From: Myxococcota bacterium
GTDB lineage: Bacteria > Myxococcota > UBA4151
Reading direction: 5' to 3'
Assembly (NCBI GenBank): GCA_036338695.1
Contig: JAYZBQ010000048.1
Coordinates: forward strand, 256,001 to 320,000
DNA: 64,000 bases
Shown here: positions 37,860-47,800 of the stretch, piece by piece
Numbering within the stretch: the first letter of the stretch is position 1
How the letters are laid out: each line of letters starts with the position of its first letter
The notes under the pieces: generated by a model
Told to the model about the DNA's origin: nothing
Databases searched by the model: none
What the model saw: only the letters and a program-made list of their open reading frames with translations
Program-made: the position numbers and the translations under genes

Positions 37860-39230
37860 TCAGCCTGCGCCGCCGACCGCCATCGACGTCACACGCAAGG
37901 TGGGGCAGGCGGTCTTTCGATCCCAAACCAGGTCGTCGGCGACGGCATCGATGCCGCCAAAGAGCTCATCAAAACTCGCCGAGACGGTGAACTCAGCGAT
38001 GGGCTCTGCGAGCTGCCCCGCCCGAATCATTCGACCAAAGGCGCCGCGGCTGAAGTCACCGGTCAGCGAATTGAACCCAAACCCGATCGTCCCTTCGACG
38101 TAGATCCCTTCGTCGATGTCGGCGATCAACGCCTCGGGCGTAAGCGGTCCAGGAGCCATGTAGAGATTGGTTGTCCCTTCGCCCGGCTGGCTCGCCATCG
38201 GGCGCGACGCGCTCGCCGTCGGTGGCAGGCCGGTCCGGTTCGCCCCATACTGAGCCGCCAAAAACATGCTCAGCTCGCCGCCTTCGACCAGGACGTTTCG
38301 CCGTCTGGCGCGCCCCTCCCCATCCACAGCAGAAGACCCCAATAAACCCGGAATAAGCGGGTCATCGATCAGAGTCACCACCGAGCTTGCGATCGCGGTG
38401 TTGAGCCGGTCAGCGAGGTAGGTCCGCTGACGCCAGAGCGCCGTTGCGGTCGCACAGCTCGTGAGCAAACCGATCAAGGCGGGTGAGGCCTCGCGGCTAA
38501 ACACGACCGGGTAGCGACCGGTCGCTGGCTTGGCAGCGCCGAGCCGAGCGAGGGCTCGGCGAGCCGCCTCTGCGCCCACTTGGTCAGCCGGTTTCAGGTC
38601 GGCGAGGCGACGGCTGGTCGACCCATAATAACCGTTTCGCTTCTTGCCTTCGTGGTCGTCGCAGATGGCGTCAGCAACCAAGCTCTGCCACCCGCCCGTG
38701 ATGGCTCGACGCAACCCATTCGACGCGGCGGTCACCGAGGTCGAATACGCAGCGCCAAAGCTGGCTCCGTCGGTGGCGGTGATGCGCGCATCAAAGCCTC
38801 GCACCGCCCGCTCGGCTTCCAGCGCACGCTGCAGCCGAACCGGCGCCTCCTCGGTGACCGTCGCTGGGTCAAAAGTGCCTAGGTCCACGGCTTTGCCGTC
38901 GAGTTCATCCGCCGGCGCAAGGGTGTGGTGCTCGTCGGGGTCGACATGCGGGGCGGCGTCGATCAGATCGCGCATCAGCGCGTCCACGACCTCGGGCCGC
39001 AGATCACTGCTCGAGCCTGTCACGACGCGCCCGTCAACAAACAGACGCACGCCAAGCCCCTGATTGCCAGCCTCTTCGAGCTTATCGAGCGACTCCCCGC
39101 GATAGGCACACGAGAACTCTTGCCCGGCGCCGAGCGTGATCTCGGCGTCATCGGCGCCGAGTGCGAGCGCCCGATCGAGCACCTCTTCCGCCTGTGTTAG
39201 AAGCTGCGCTTCGCGCTCTTGCGGGTTCAT
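37860..39230 (-). CDS. pmbA: TldE/PmbA protein
   Basis: GRYPVVF, DGEG, LTGDFSRGA, P(T)LRV..M.VGG; ATGA overlap with tldD. Confidence 0.9.
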   Translation of the reverse strand: MNPQEREAQLLTQAEEVLDRALALGADDAEITLGAGQEFSCAYRGESLDKLEEAGNQGLGVRLFVDGRVVTGSSSDLRPEVVDALMRDLIDAAPHVDPDEHHTLAPADELDGKAVDLGTFDPATVTEEAPVRLQRALEAERAVRGFDARITATDGASFGAAYSTSVTAASNGLRRAITGGWQSLVADAICDDHEGKKRNGYYGSTSRRLADLKPADQVGAEAARRALARLGAAKPATGRYPVVFSREASPALIGLLTSCATATALWRQRTYLADRLNTAIASSVVTLIDDPLIPGLLGSSAVDGEGRARRRNVLVEGGELSMFLAAQYGANRTGLPPTASASRPMASQPGEGTTNLYMAPGPLTPEALIADIDEGIYVEGTIGFGFNSLTGDFSRGAFGRMIRAGQLAEPIAEFTVSASFDELFGGIDAVADDLVWDRKTACPTLRVTSMAVGGAG

Positions 39231-40651
39231 ACGTTGCTCCCACCGATGGTCATCTTGGCGACACGAATGCTCGGCATTCCGACCCCAACCGGGACGCTCT
39301 GACCGTCCTTTCCACAGGTCCACCGCCCATCAGAGAGGGCAAAATCGTTAGCGACCATATCAACCTTACCGAGCGCATCCGGCCCATTACCGATCAAGTT
39401 GACGTCTTTGAGTGGCGCCGTAATTTTGCCGTCTTCGATCAGATACGCCTCCGTGGTGGAGAAGACGAAGTCGCCGTTGCTGATGTTGACCTGACCACCG
39501 CTGAACGAGACGCAATAGATCCCCTTGTTGACGGAGCGGACGAGCTCGTCGTGGGTGCTCTCACCATCGAGCAGATAGGTGTTCGACATACGCGGCATCG
39601 GCAGGTGACGGAAGCTCTCGCGGCGACCGCTCCCGGGGCGTGCGCCAAAGTGCTTCGCCGAGATGGAGTCGTGCATGTAGTCGGCGAGCCGACCTGCGTC
39701 GATCAAGACGCGCTGGGTGGGGTCGTTCCCCTCATCGTCAACGTTGATGGCGCCGCGATCGCCGACGACGCTGGGGTCATCGACGACGGTGCAGAGTTCC
39801 GACGCGACGGGCTGACCGATCCGGTCCGTGTAGGTGCTGGTCCCCTTGCGGTTGAAGTCGGCCTCGAGACCATGGCCGACCGCCTCATGCAGAAGGATGC
39901 CTGAGTCGCCGGCTTTCAGGACCACTGGGAACTCACCGGCTGGGGCGGCGACGGCGTCGAGGAGCGTCAGCGCAGTTTGAACCGCGCGCTGAGCGTGAAG
40001 CTCCGGGCTGACCTCGTCGAAATACTCGACACCCTTTCGCCCGCCGCCGCTCTCCATGGCGCGCTGCTGCTGAGTTCCGTCATCGACGACCACCTGGATC
40101 GAGAACCGCAACATCGGCTGGTGGTCATCGACGCGCAGGCCATCGGCTCGGACGATGCGGATCGTGCGCGTCGACTCAGCGACCATCACCTCGACCTGTT
40201 TGACCCGCGGGTCGGCAGCGCGCGCCGCGGCGTCGGCGCGCCGGACCAACTCCATCCGCTCTTTGAAGCTTCGGTCGACCAGCAAAGACTCGGCGTGGTA
40301 GCGGTCGTGCGCAGCGGCCTTAGGCTGCACCGCTTGGGCTGACACCTGCGCCTCCCCGGTGGCGATGCAGGCGGCGGTACGGCACGCTCGCCGAATCGAC
40401 TCCTCGGTCAGCTCTTCCGTGTAGGCGAAGCCGCTGGCGTCACCCCGTAAGACGCGCACGCCGACGCCCTTGTCGATGTGGCGGCTGAGTTGCCGAACCT
40501 TGCCGCCCTCAAACACGAGGGAGAAGGCGCTGGTCGCCTCAAAAAACAGGTCGGCGTCGTCGCCGCCGCGCCCCAGCGCGACGCTGAGGAGACGCTGAGC
40601 CGTTGCGTCGTCGATTGAGAATGGGTCTGTGGTCAAACCGTCACCTTTCAC
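39227..40651 (-). CDS. tldD: TldD metalloprotease
   Basis: LLHEAVGHGLEADFNRKG, DDEG, PMPRMSNTY, CGKDGQSVPVGVG. Confidence 0.95.
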   Translation of the reverse strand: MKGDGLTTDPFSIDDATAQRLLSVALGRGGDDADLFFEATSAFSLVFEGGKVRQLSRHIDKGVGVRVLRGDASGFAYTEELTEESIRRACRTAACIATGEAQVSAQAVQPKAAAHDRYHAESLLVDRSFKERMELVRRADAAARAADPRVKQVEVMVAESTRTIRIVRADGLRVDDHQPMLRFSIQVVVDDGTQQQRAMESGGGRKGVEYFDEVSPELHAQRAVQTALTLLDAVAAPAGEFPVVLKAGDSGILLHEAVGHGLEADFNRKGTSTYTDRIGQPVASELCTVVDDPSVVGDRGAINVDDEGNDPTQRVLIDAGRLADYMHDSISAKHFGARPGSGRRESFRHLPMPRMSNTYLLDGESTHDELVRSVNKGIYCVSFSGGQVNISNGDFVFSTTEAYLIEDGKITAPLKDVNLIGNGPDALGKVDMVANDFALSDGRWTCGKDGQSVPVGVGMPSIRVAKMTIGGSNV

Positions 40652-40726
40652 TTAGCGATTGCTGTCCTTTCAGCGCGCTTTGGACTAACACACAAAGCAC
40701 GAGAACGATCGCCTGATGGAGGTACG

Positions 40727-41080
40727 ATGCCGCAGCAGGACCGAGGCGACAAGCGTGGGTATGTCCTGATCTGTGAGGGGCCGTCCTGCGGGACCACACA
40801 CCAAGGTCAACTCCCAGGGCATGCGCATGAACTTCTCGACGGCTGCGCTTGGCGAACCGGCCCTTGCCTCGGCATGTGCCCCGTCGGCCCCAACGCCATC
40901 GTCCGGCGTGAACCGATCGAGGAGCGACGCGCAAACCAACAGATCGGCGCAGCGGACACCATCTTGTGCGGCATCGCTGACCCGGAAGACCTGGCGCGCC
41001 TTGTGGAAGAGAGCTTAGCGCCCGAAGAGCCCCCGCGCCTGCTCAAAGGGCAAGCCACCCCGCAACAATTGAGGCGCTAG
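40727..41080 (+). CDS. Thioredoxin-like (2Fe-2S) ferredoxin
   Basis: VLICEGPSC...CLGMCPVGPN; GGAGG upstream. Confidence 0.7.
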   Translation: MPQQDRGDKRGYVLICEGPSCGTTHQGQLPGHAHELLDGCAWRTGPCLGMCPVGPNAIVRREPIEERRANQQIGAADTILCGIADPEDLARLVEESLAPEEPPRLLKGQATPQQLRR

Positions 41081-42126
41081 GTCACGAAGCCGAGCTCGGT
41101 GTGATCACCGAGCGGCACCCAGCGCCGAACGCGGACACGGCGGCGAAGGCGAGCAGCGAGGGGTAACGGCTCTGGCTCGCCCCCTTGAGCGCTCAAGTAC
41201 GCGAGAAACGCTTCATAACTCTCATCCTCACACGGATCGAAACGTCGACCGATCGCGCGCAGCGCCTCGGCGAACGCGCCGCAGTGCTCATAGCGCGCAT
41301 CAGGATCTCGGCTGAGCGCTTGATCGAGCACATCGACAAGCGGCGAAGGGAGCCCGATGGTCACCTCAGTGATGCTCGGTAATTCGGTGTACAAGACGCG
41401 GCCGAGGGTGCGCGCCGGCGTCGTGTCAGCGAGCAGACGCCGACAGGCTAACAGCTCGAACAAGACGACCGCCAAGCTGAACTGATCGGCGCGATGATCG
41501 ACCCGCTCAGCTGACGCTTGCTGCGGCGCCATATAGGCTAGTTTGCCGCACAAGCTCCCGTTGGCGGTGATGCGTTGGTTGCAGTCTGCCTTGGCGACGC
41601 CAAAGTCACCCAAATGCGCGCGTCCGTGCTCATCGAGTAAAATATTGTCGGGGCTGATGTCGCGATGAACCAGGTGCAACGGGCGCCCCTGGGCGTCCTT
41701 GGCTCGATGAGCGTAATGAAGCGCCTCAGCGACCTCGGCGGCGAGCCGCAAACACAAGCCCAAGGGCAACGTCGTGCCCGCCCCGTGGGCGCGCTCAGCG
41801 AGCTGGCGCAAGCTCAAGCCGTCGATGTAATCAAGGACGATGTAAGGCGCCTCGTCGACGTAGCCGTGGTCGAGCTGGCGTACCAAGCCGCGGTGCCTTA
41901 AGAGCCGGCCTAGGCGCGCCTCATCACCAAAACACAGGCGCACCGACGGGTCATCACTTAGATGGGAAAGGATCCGCTTAATCGCCACCAACTTGCCGTC
42001 ATCGCGTTCCGCGAGCCAGACCTCGGCCATCCCGCCAGAGCCGAGACGACGCTTCATCCGATAGCGTCCCGCAAACCATTTGCGCTTAGACACTGAAGCG
42101 ATCAATCGTTGAAACAGAGCGTTCAT
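41077..42126 (-). CDS. Cytoplasmic Hanks-type Ser/Thr protein kinase
   Basis: LGSGGMAEV, VAIKRI, HRDISPDNIL, DFG, YMAPQQ; AGGAGG upstream. Confidence 0.92.
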   Translation of the reverse strand: MNALFQRLIASVSKRKWFAGRYRMKRRLGSGGMAEVWLAERDDGKLVAIKRILSHLSDDPSVRLCFGDEARLGRLLRHRGLVRQLDHGYVDEAPYIVLDYIDGLSLRQLAERAHGAGTTLPLGLCLRLAAEVAEALHYAHRAKDAQGRPLHLVHRDISPDNILLDEHGRAHLGDFGVAKADCNQRITANGSLCGKLAYMAPQQASAERVDHRADQFSLAVVLFELLACRRLLADTTPARTLGRVLYTELPSITEVTIGLPSPLVDVLDQALSRDPDARYEHCGAFAEALRAIGRRFDPCEDESYEAFLAYLSAQGGEPEPLPLAARLRRRVRVRRWVPLGDHTELGFVT

Positions 42127-42348
42127 CCCGGCCTCCTCTCAAGCAATGCGCTGCGGCGTTGCTTTGTTGGGTTTGTTGGCCGGTTGCGTTGATCCGTTCG
42201 GTGGTTCTTCAAACCGTGCGCCGTCAGGCGTTTAGGTCAGTAACTTTGCGAGCTTGGGTTTCCCTCAAGGGTGCCGTTTCGCTGCAATCAGCCATGCTCC
42301 TCTCGTCCCTGTTATCGGTAGTCTAATCGATTTTCTTTAGGGTGCAAC

Positions 42349-42388
42349 TTGAAACAGACAAATGTCTGGTTTACAAGACACCTGTCTG
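42349..42388 (+). promoter_or_regulatory. lexA-imu promoter with two palindromic candidate LexA operators
   Basis: TTGAAA(42349)-N17-TACAAG(42372); CAGACAAATGTCTG (42355-42368) and AAGACACCTGTCTG (42375-42388). Confidence 0.75.
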
Positions 42389-42396
42389 GAGTCTTC

Positions 42397-43020
42397 ATGC
42401 GCGCCTCTACCGCCCACCTTCGCAAACGCATCCTCAGCTACGTCAAGCGTCGAATCCTTGAAGGTCAGCCTCCGACGATACGCGAGGTCCAAGAGGCCTT
42501 TGGATTTGCGGCGGTCGAGAGCGCGAGACAACACCTCAAAGCGCTCGTCGAAGCAGGCGAGCTGCTCCAGGTATCCGGTCGCTCGCGCGGTTACGGGCTC
42601 CCGAAACAGCGCTACATCAAGCGCAGGGCGCTCCCCATCCTCGGCGCCGTTCAAGCAGGCGATCTGACCACCGCGCTCGAGGATCCAGAAGGTTTCCTTG
42701 AGCTCCCTGTTCGCAACGTTCATGACGAGCACTTTCTCCTGCGGGTCGAGGGAGAGAGCATGATCAACGCAGGGATTCACCCTGGCGATCTGCTGCTGGT
42801 GCGTCGCACCTCGGTCGCCCCCAACGGAGCGATCGTCGTGGCGATGATCGACGACGAGGCAACCGTCAAAAGGATCAAAATAACACCGAAAAGTATCAAA
42901 CTTGTGCCAGAAAACCCCAATTTTCCAACAATAGAGACAAACGATAGAAACCTAAGACTGCTCGGTGTCGTCAGTGAGATCCACCGCTACCTTGAAGGCG
43001 TCCCGAGTACCGATGTCTAA
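42397..43020 (+). CDS. lexA: SOS repressor LexA
   Basis: wHTH PPTIREV; Ala-Gly cleavage site VQAG; Ser (GESM) and Lys (TVKR) dyad. Confidence 0.95.
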   Translation: MRASTAHLRKRILSYVKRRILEGQPPTIREVQEAFGFAAVESARQHLKALVEAGELLQVSGRSRGYGLPKQRYIKRRALPILGAVQAGDLTTALEDPEGFLELPVRNVHDEHFLLRVEGESMINAGIHPGDLLLVRRTSVAPNGAIVVAMIDDEATVKRIKITPKSIKLVPENPNFPTIETNDRNLRLLGVVSEIHRYLEGVPSTDV

Positions 43021-43615
43021 CGCAGCGCTCCCGCTCAGCCTCCTCAAGGCAGGGCTGCAAAGAGGTAGCGAGCTGACGCCCGCGCCCCGCCCTCAAGAGG
43101 CTCCTTGGACATACCAAGGGCTGCTCGGCCGCCTGGCTCTGTTCACGGGCACAGGGCGCGTCAGCGCCGCAGTACAGCTCATAGCCCAAGCGCAACAACA
43201 CAAAGAGCCCTGCGCCTGGATTGTAGAGAAAGGGTTTGAGCCCTTTGCTCCAGACCTTCAAGCGTCAGGGGTTGCGCTAGACAGCCTGATGCTCATTCGC
43301 CTCAAGGAGCACCCACAGCTCGCCCGCGCAGCGGACCTCTTAGCTCGAACCGGCGGCGTCGGGCTGGTCATCATCGACAGCCGCTCGCTCCCCTCGAAGG
43401 GCGCTTTAAAACGCCTCGCAAATCACGCACAGCGACACCACATGTCCGCTGTGATCCTGAGCGATCAAGCGCATACAACTCACGCTTTTTCGCTGGTTGC
43501 TCGCGCCGCTCCTAACGAACACAAAGCGCAACATATCCGCGCGCTCAAAGACCGCCTCAACCCAGCGCTCTGGAACCACAGCGAACCCTATCATGATGTC
43601 CCCGGTTGCCCTTAG
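43013..43615 (+). CDS. imuA: ImuA (RecA-like mutasome accessory protein)
   Basis: FAPDL..SGV.LD.L, AADLLAR.G..GLVIID; degenerate Walker A; lies between lexA and imuB. Confidence 0.8.
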   Translation: MSNAALPLSLLKAGLQRGSELTPAPRPQEAPWTYQGLLGRLALFTGTGRVSAAVQLIAQAQQHKEPCAWIVEKGFEPFAPDLQASGVALDSLMLIRLKEHPQLARAADLLARTGGVGLVIIDSRSLPSKGALKRLANHAQRHHMSAVILSDQAHTTHAFSLVARAAPNEHKAQHIRALKDRLNPALWNHSEPYHDVPGCP

Positions 43616-44858
43616 TTTTGCCGATGATGTCCTTGAGCGCGATGAGCTCATCGCTCGGCTTCACACCTTCAGCCCGCTGGTCGCGCACTGGCAAGAACTG
43701 CCTCATGTTTTCTGGGTTGAGACGGCGGGTGAGCCCATTAAGGGATTATCCACCGCAGCCTTTATCCGCAGGCTCATCACGGAGCTAAGACGCGCAGGTT
43801 ATTTACCTTCGGCGGTGTGGGGCTGCGCGCCCTACGCGGCGGCGCTGCTTGCCCAGCGACTCCCTGTAACCCATACGCTCCACCTCGACCGCAGGCAGCA
43901 AAACGGTGCGCTAAGCGGACTCCCCATTGCGGCGCTCAACCTCGAAGAGGCGACCGTCAAAAGCTTAGAGCGACTGGGTGTCACCCACCTAAGATCACTC
44001 GGTAAAGTCTCCCAGGACGATCTGGAGGCGCGCTATGGAGCCCCACTCAAAATCCGCCTCAGGCTCCTCGCTGGCGCCAACCCACCGTGGCGGATCGCCA
44101 CCCCACCGCCTAGCTGCTCGCGCACGCTGCTGATCGAGCATGCGCTGACGCGCCGCGAGGCGCTGCTGTTTGTGATCGCCGCACCTCTTGAAGAGGCGCT
44201 TGAAGAGCTCGCAAGCCAAGGTCTCGCCTGTCGCGCCATGCTGATCTCTTGCGCCTGCGATGATGGCGAGCGCATCCGCTACGCTGTTCGCCCTGCGCGC
44301 CCGAGCCTTGACGCCCAATGGCTCGTTGAGTTGCTCCGACTCAAGCTCGAAAACTCAGCGCTTCATTCGGCGATCATCAGCGCAGACCTTGAGCTCCAGA
44401 GCGCCCCGGCAGACGCACAACAGCTTCACCTCTTTGAGATCGGTCGACGAGATCAGCGTCAGAGCGATGAGGCGCTCGATCGCATCCGAGCAGAGCTCGG
44501 TGAAGACTGTCTTTTTATCGCCCAGGCCTGCGCCGAGCACCACCCACAAGAGGGTACAAACTGGCAGCGTCATGACAGCGGCTGGCCTACTGTTCAACCG
44601 CTCAAGCCGCGCCCATCATGGGTCCGTAGGCAGCTTCAAACACCGCAAGCACTTGCGCCCCCGCCGCCCGCAGGGGCGTGGTCGGTGCTCGGCAAGCGGG
44701 TGCTCGAGATCGGAGGTCCCTTCCCGCTGCTGCAGCGCTGGTGGTCGAGCGAGCGCCGAGAGGAAGAGTACCTCCTAAAGGTCGACAGCGGAGAGGTTTT
44801 TTGGGTCCTACATGACCCACAAGCGGGCAGCTGGTCTCTGATCGGATGGGTCGCCTGA
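43593..44858 (+). CDS. imuB: ImuB (inactive Y-family polymerase-like protein)
   Basis: FSPLV, LERLGV..L..L, ARYG, clamp-binding-like QLHLF, C-terminal GGPF....WW...REEEY. Confidence 0.82.
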   Translation: MMSPVALSFADDVLERDELIARLHTFSPLVAHWQELPHVFWVETAGEPIKGLSTAAFIRRLITELRRAGYLPSAVWGCAPYAAALLAQRLPVTHTLHLDRRQQNGALSGLPIAALNLEEATVKSLERLGVTHLRSLGKVSQDDLEARYGAPLKIRLRLLAGANPPWRIATPPPSCSRTLLIEHALTRREALLFVIAAPLEEALEELASQGLACRAMLISCACDDGERIRYAVRPARPSLDAQWLVELLRLKLENSALHSAIISADLELQSAPADAQQLHLFEIGRRDQRQSDEALDRIRAELGEDCLFIAQACAEHHPQEGTNWQRHDSGWPTVQPLKPRPSWVRRQLQTPQALAPPPPAGAWSVLGKRVLEIGGPFPLLQRWWSSERREEEYLLKVDSGEVFWVLHDPQAGSWSLIGWVA

Positions 44859-47800
44859 TGAAGCCGTACGTGCCGCTGTGGTGCAAGAGCCACTTCTCCT
44901 TACTTGAGGGCGCCTCCGCCCCTGAAGAGCTGGTCACCCGCGCCCACGAACTCGGTCTACAAGCGCTTGCGCTAACGGACCGGGACAGCTTGGCCGGAGC
45001 CCCTAGAGCGGCTGCGCACGCACGAAAGCTCGGTCTCAAGCTCCTCTATGGCGCCGAGGTCCGCCTCACCGCGCAACGGCGCATCACCCTGATCGCAAAG
45101 GATCGCTTGGGCTATGGAAACCTGACGCAACTGCTCAGCAGAGCGCCGAGCCAAGAGGCGAGCTCCGCGCTGACCATGGACGACCTGTACCGGGCTGCGC
45201 AGGGCTGTTTTGCGCTGATCGGTGGGGCGGATGGCTGGTTTGGCGCAGAGCCCGAGGTCTGCTCGCGCACGGTCGATCAACTCAAGGCGTCGTTTGCGGA
45301 CCGCCTCTTTGTTCGGATCAGCGATCACCGCTACCCCGCAGAGGTGCAGCAGCGCCGACTGCTCGCGGCGCGCGCCCAGGCGTTTCAACTGCCCCTGGTC
45401 GCCGCTAACGAACACCTCTACCACCACCCGAGCAGGCGCCGGCTCTGCGATATCCTGAGCTGCACCCGGTTCAACTCGACGCTCGATGATGCAGGCCTCA
45501 ACTTAAGACGAAACGCAGACCACGCGCTGGCGTCACCCGAGACCTTCGCGGCGCGCTTTCAAGGAAAACCAGAGTGGATTGAGCGCAGCTTCGCCATCGC
45601 ACAAGCCTGCTCCTTTGATCTGTTCGCTTTGCGGTATCGATATCCGTGCGAGCGGCTGCCCCAAGGGGTTCGCGGCATCGATCACCTCGCTCATCTTGCG
45701 CAGGTCGGAGGCCAAAAACGCTACCGAGGTCCGGTGCCCGATGCGGTTCAAGCGCAGCTCGCCAAGGAGCTCGAACTCGTTCAAGAACTCGATTATACCG
45801 GCTATTTTTTAACGATGCACGACATCGTTCAATTCTGCCAAGCGCAGGGTATTTTATGCCAAGGACGAGGATCGGCGGCGAATTCAGCACTGTGTTACTG
45901 CCTCGAGATCACCGCGGTGGACCCCATGAAGCACCAGCTGTTGTTTGAGCGGTTTTTATCCCGAGAACGCAGCGAGCCACCCGACATCGACCTCGATATA
46001 GCCCACGAGCGCCGCGAAGAGGTGATCCAATACGTCTACTCAAAGTACGGTAGACGCCACGCAGCGATGGTGTCCGTAAACATACGTTATCGCGCTAAAT
46101 CAGCATTAAATGACGCAGGCAAAGCGCTTAAAATTGATATAAAAGACATTAAAAAAGTCACGAAGCTGACCCACCGCTCGCTGCGCACCTTGTCACCCGA
46201 TCTCCTTGAGACCGCTGGGCTCGACCCAGCCCAACCCACCTACCAAACCTGGATCGAGATCGCCGAGCAGATGCTCGGCACCCCCCGACACCGATCGACA
46301 CATCCTGGCGGTTTTCTCTTAGGGCATGAGCCCATCGACACCTTCGTCCCCGTGCTCCCCGCGGCGATGCCAGGGCGCACCGTGATCCAATGGGACAAGG
46401 AGGACGTCGAGACGCTCAGCCTCTTCAAAGTCGACCTGCTCGGGCTTGGGATGCTCAGCCAATTACAGCGCTGTTTTGAGCTGCTCAGGCGCCACCCCCC
46501 GCCCTCGATGGTGGCGCTGCGCGACGCGAGTGACCACGACCTGCTCGCGCGCATCCCGGCCGATGACGAGGCGACCTATACCATGCTCAGTTGCGGGGAC
46601 TCACTCGGCGTTTTTCAGGTCGAGTCGCGCGCACAGATGAACATGCTCCCGCGGCTCAGGCCCCAACGATTTTATGATCTGGTCGTGCAAATTGCGATCG
46701 TTCGCCCCGGACCGATCTCTGGGGACATGGTCCACCCTTATCTCAGGCGCAGAAACGGCGAAGAGGCCGTGGTCTATCCGCACCCCAGCCTCGAGCCCAT
46801 CCTCGAGCGCACCCTCGGTGTACCCCTGTTTCAAGAGCAGGTGATGCGGATCGCGATGGTCGCTGCTGACTACACCCCCGGCGAGGCCGATCAGCTCCGG
46901 CGCGACATGGGCGCGTGGAAGCAAACCGGTCGCATGGAGGGGCACGAGCACCGCCTCATCGAGCGTATGAAATCAAAGGGTATCTCAGAACAGTTCGCCG
47001 AACGCGTGTACGAGCAGATCAAGGGTTTTGGAGAGTACGGCTTTCCAGAGAGCCACGCAGCAAGCTTTGCGCTCATCAGCTACGCCACAGCCTTTCTCAA
47101 AAGGCATTTCCCAGCGCACTTCTACGCGGCGCTGATCAACGCACAACCGATGGGTTTTTATAGCGTGTCGACCCTCGTCTACGGCGCACAACGCGAGGGC
47201 GTCACCGTGCTCCCCATCGATGTCCGTTTCTCAACCTGGGAGAGCACGCTTGAGCTCGCCGAAGGCCGGCTTGCGATCCGTATGGGGTTCCGGTCAATCA
47301 AAGGGCTCGGCTCGCAGCAAAAATCAAAACTCGACCCACCACCTCGCCCCGAAAGCAACGAAGCGCTCGGCGTATTCGCTCGCCGCCTACAGCTCGCTCG
47401 CCCCGCCCTCGAAGCGCTGGCTGAGGCGGGCGCCTTTCATATGTTCGGCTCACGGCGAGACGTCCTGTGGCAGATCATGGAGCCGGGTCTCGTGCGTCAT
47501 GAACCGCTGATGCTCGCCGAACACAACGCGAGCTCCTCATTCGCTTACCTCAGCGAGCTTGAGCGCATCGTGTGGGACCAGCGACGAACCGCCCACAGCA
47601 CGAGAGGGCATCCCTTTGCCCTGCTTCGGCGAGCCTGCGACCAAAAGGGGTTTATGAGCTCGTCTCAACTCACACGCTGCCGCCATCAAAGCCGCGCCAG
47701 CTGTGTCGGTTTAGTAATCTGCCGCCAGCGCCCGAGCACCGCCTCAGGGGTGACCTTCGTGACCCTCGAAGACGAGGACGGCTTCGTTAACTTGGTGATC

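Noticed and set aside
42208..42223. Sigma54-like element (CGGCGC-N5-TTGAA) upstream of the kinase
   Set aside because: The -12 GC is missing; too weak to call
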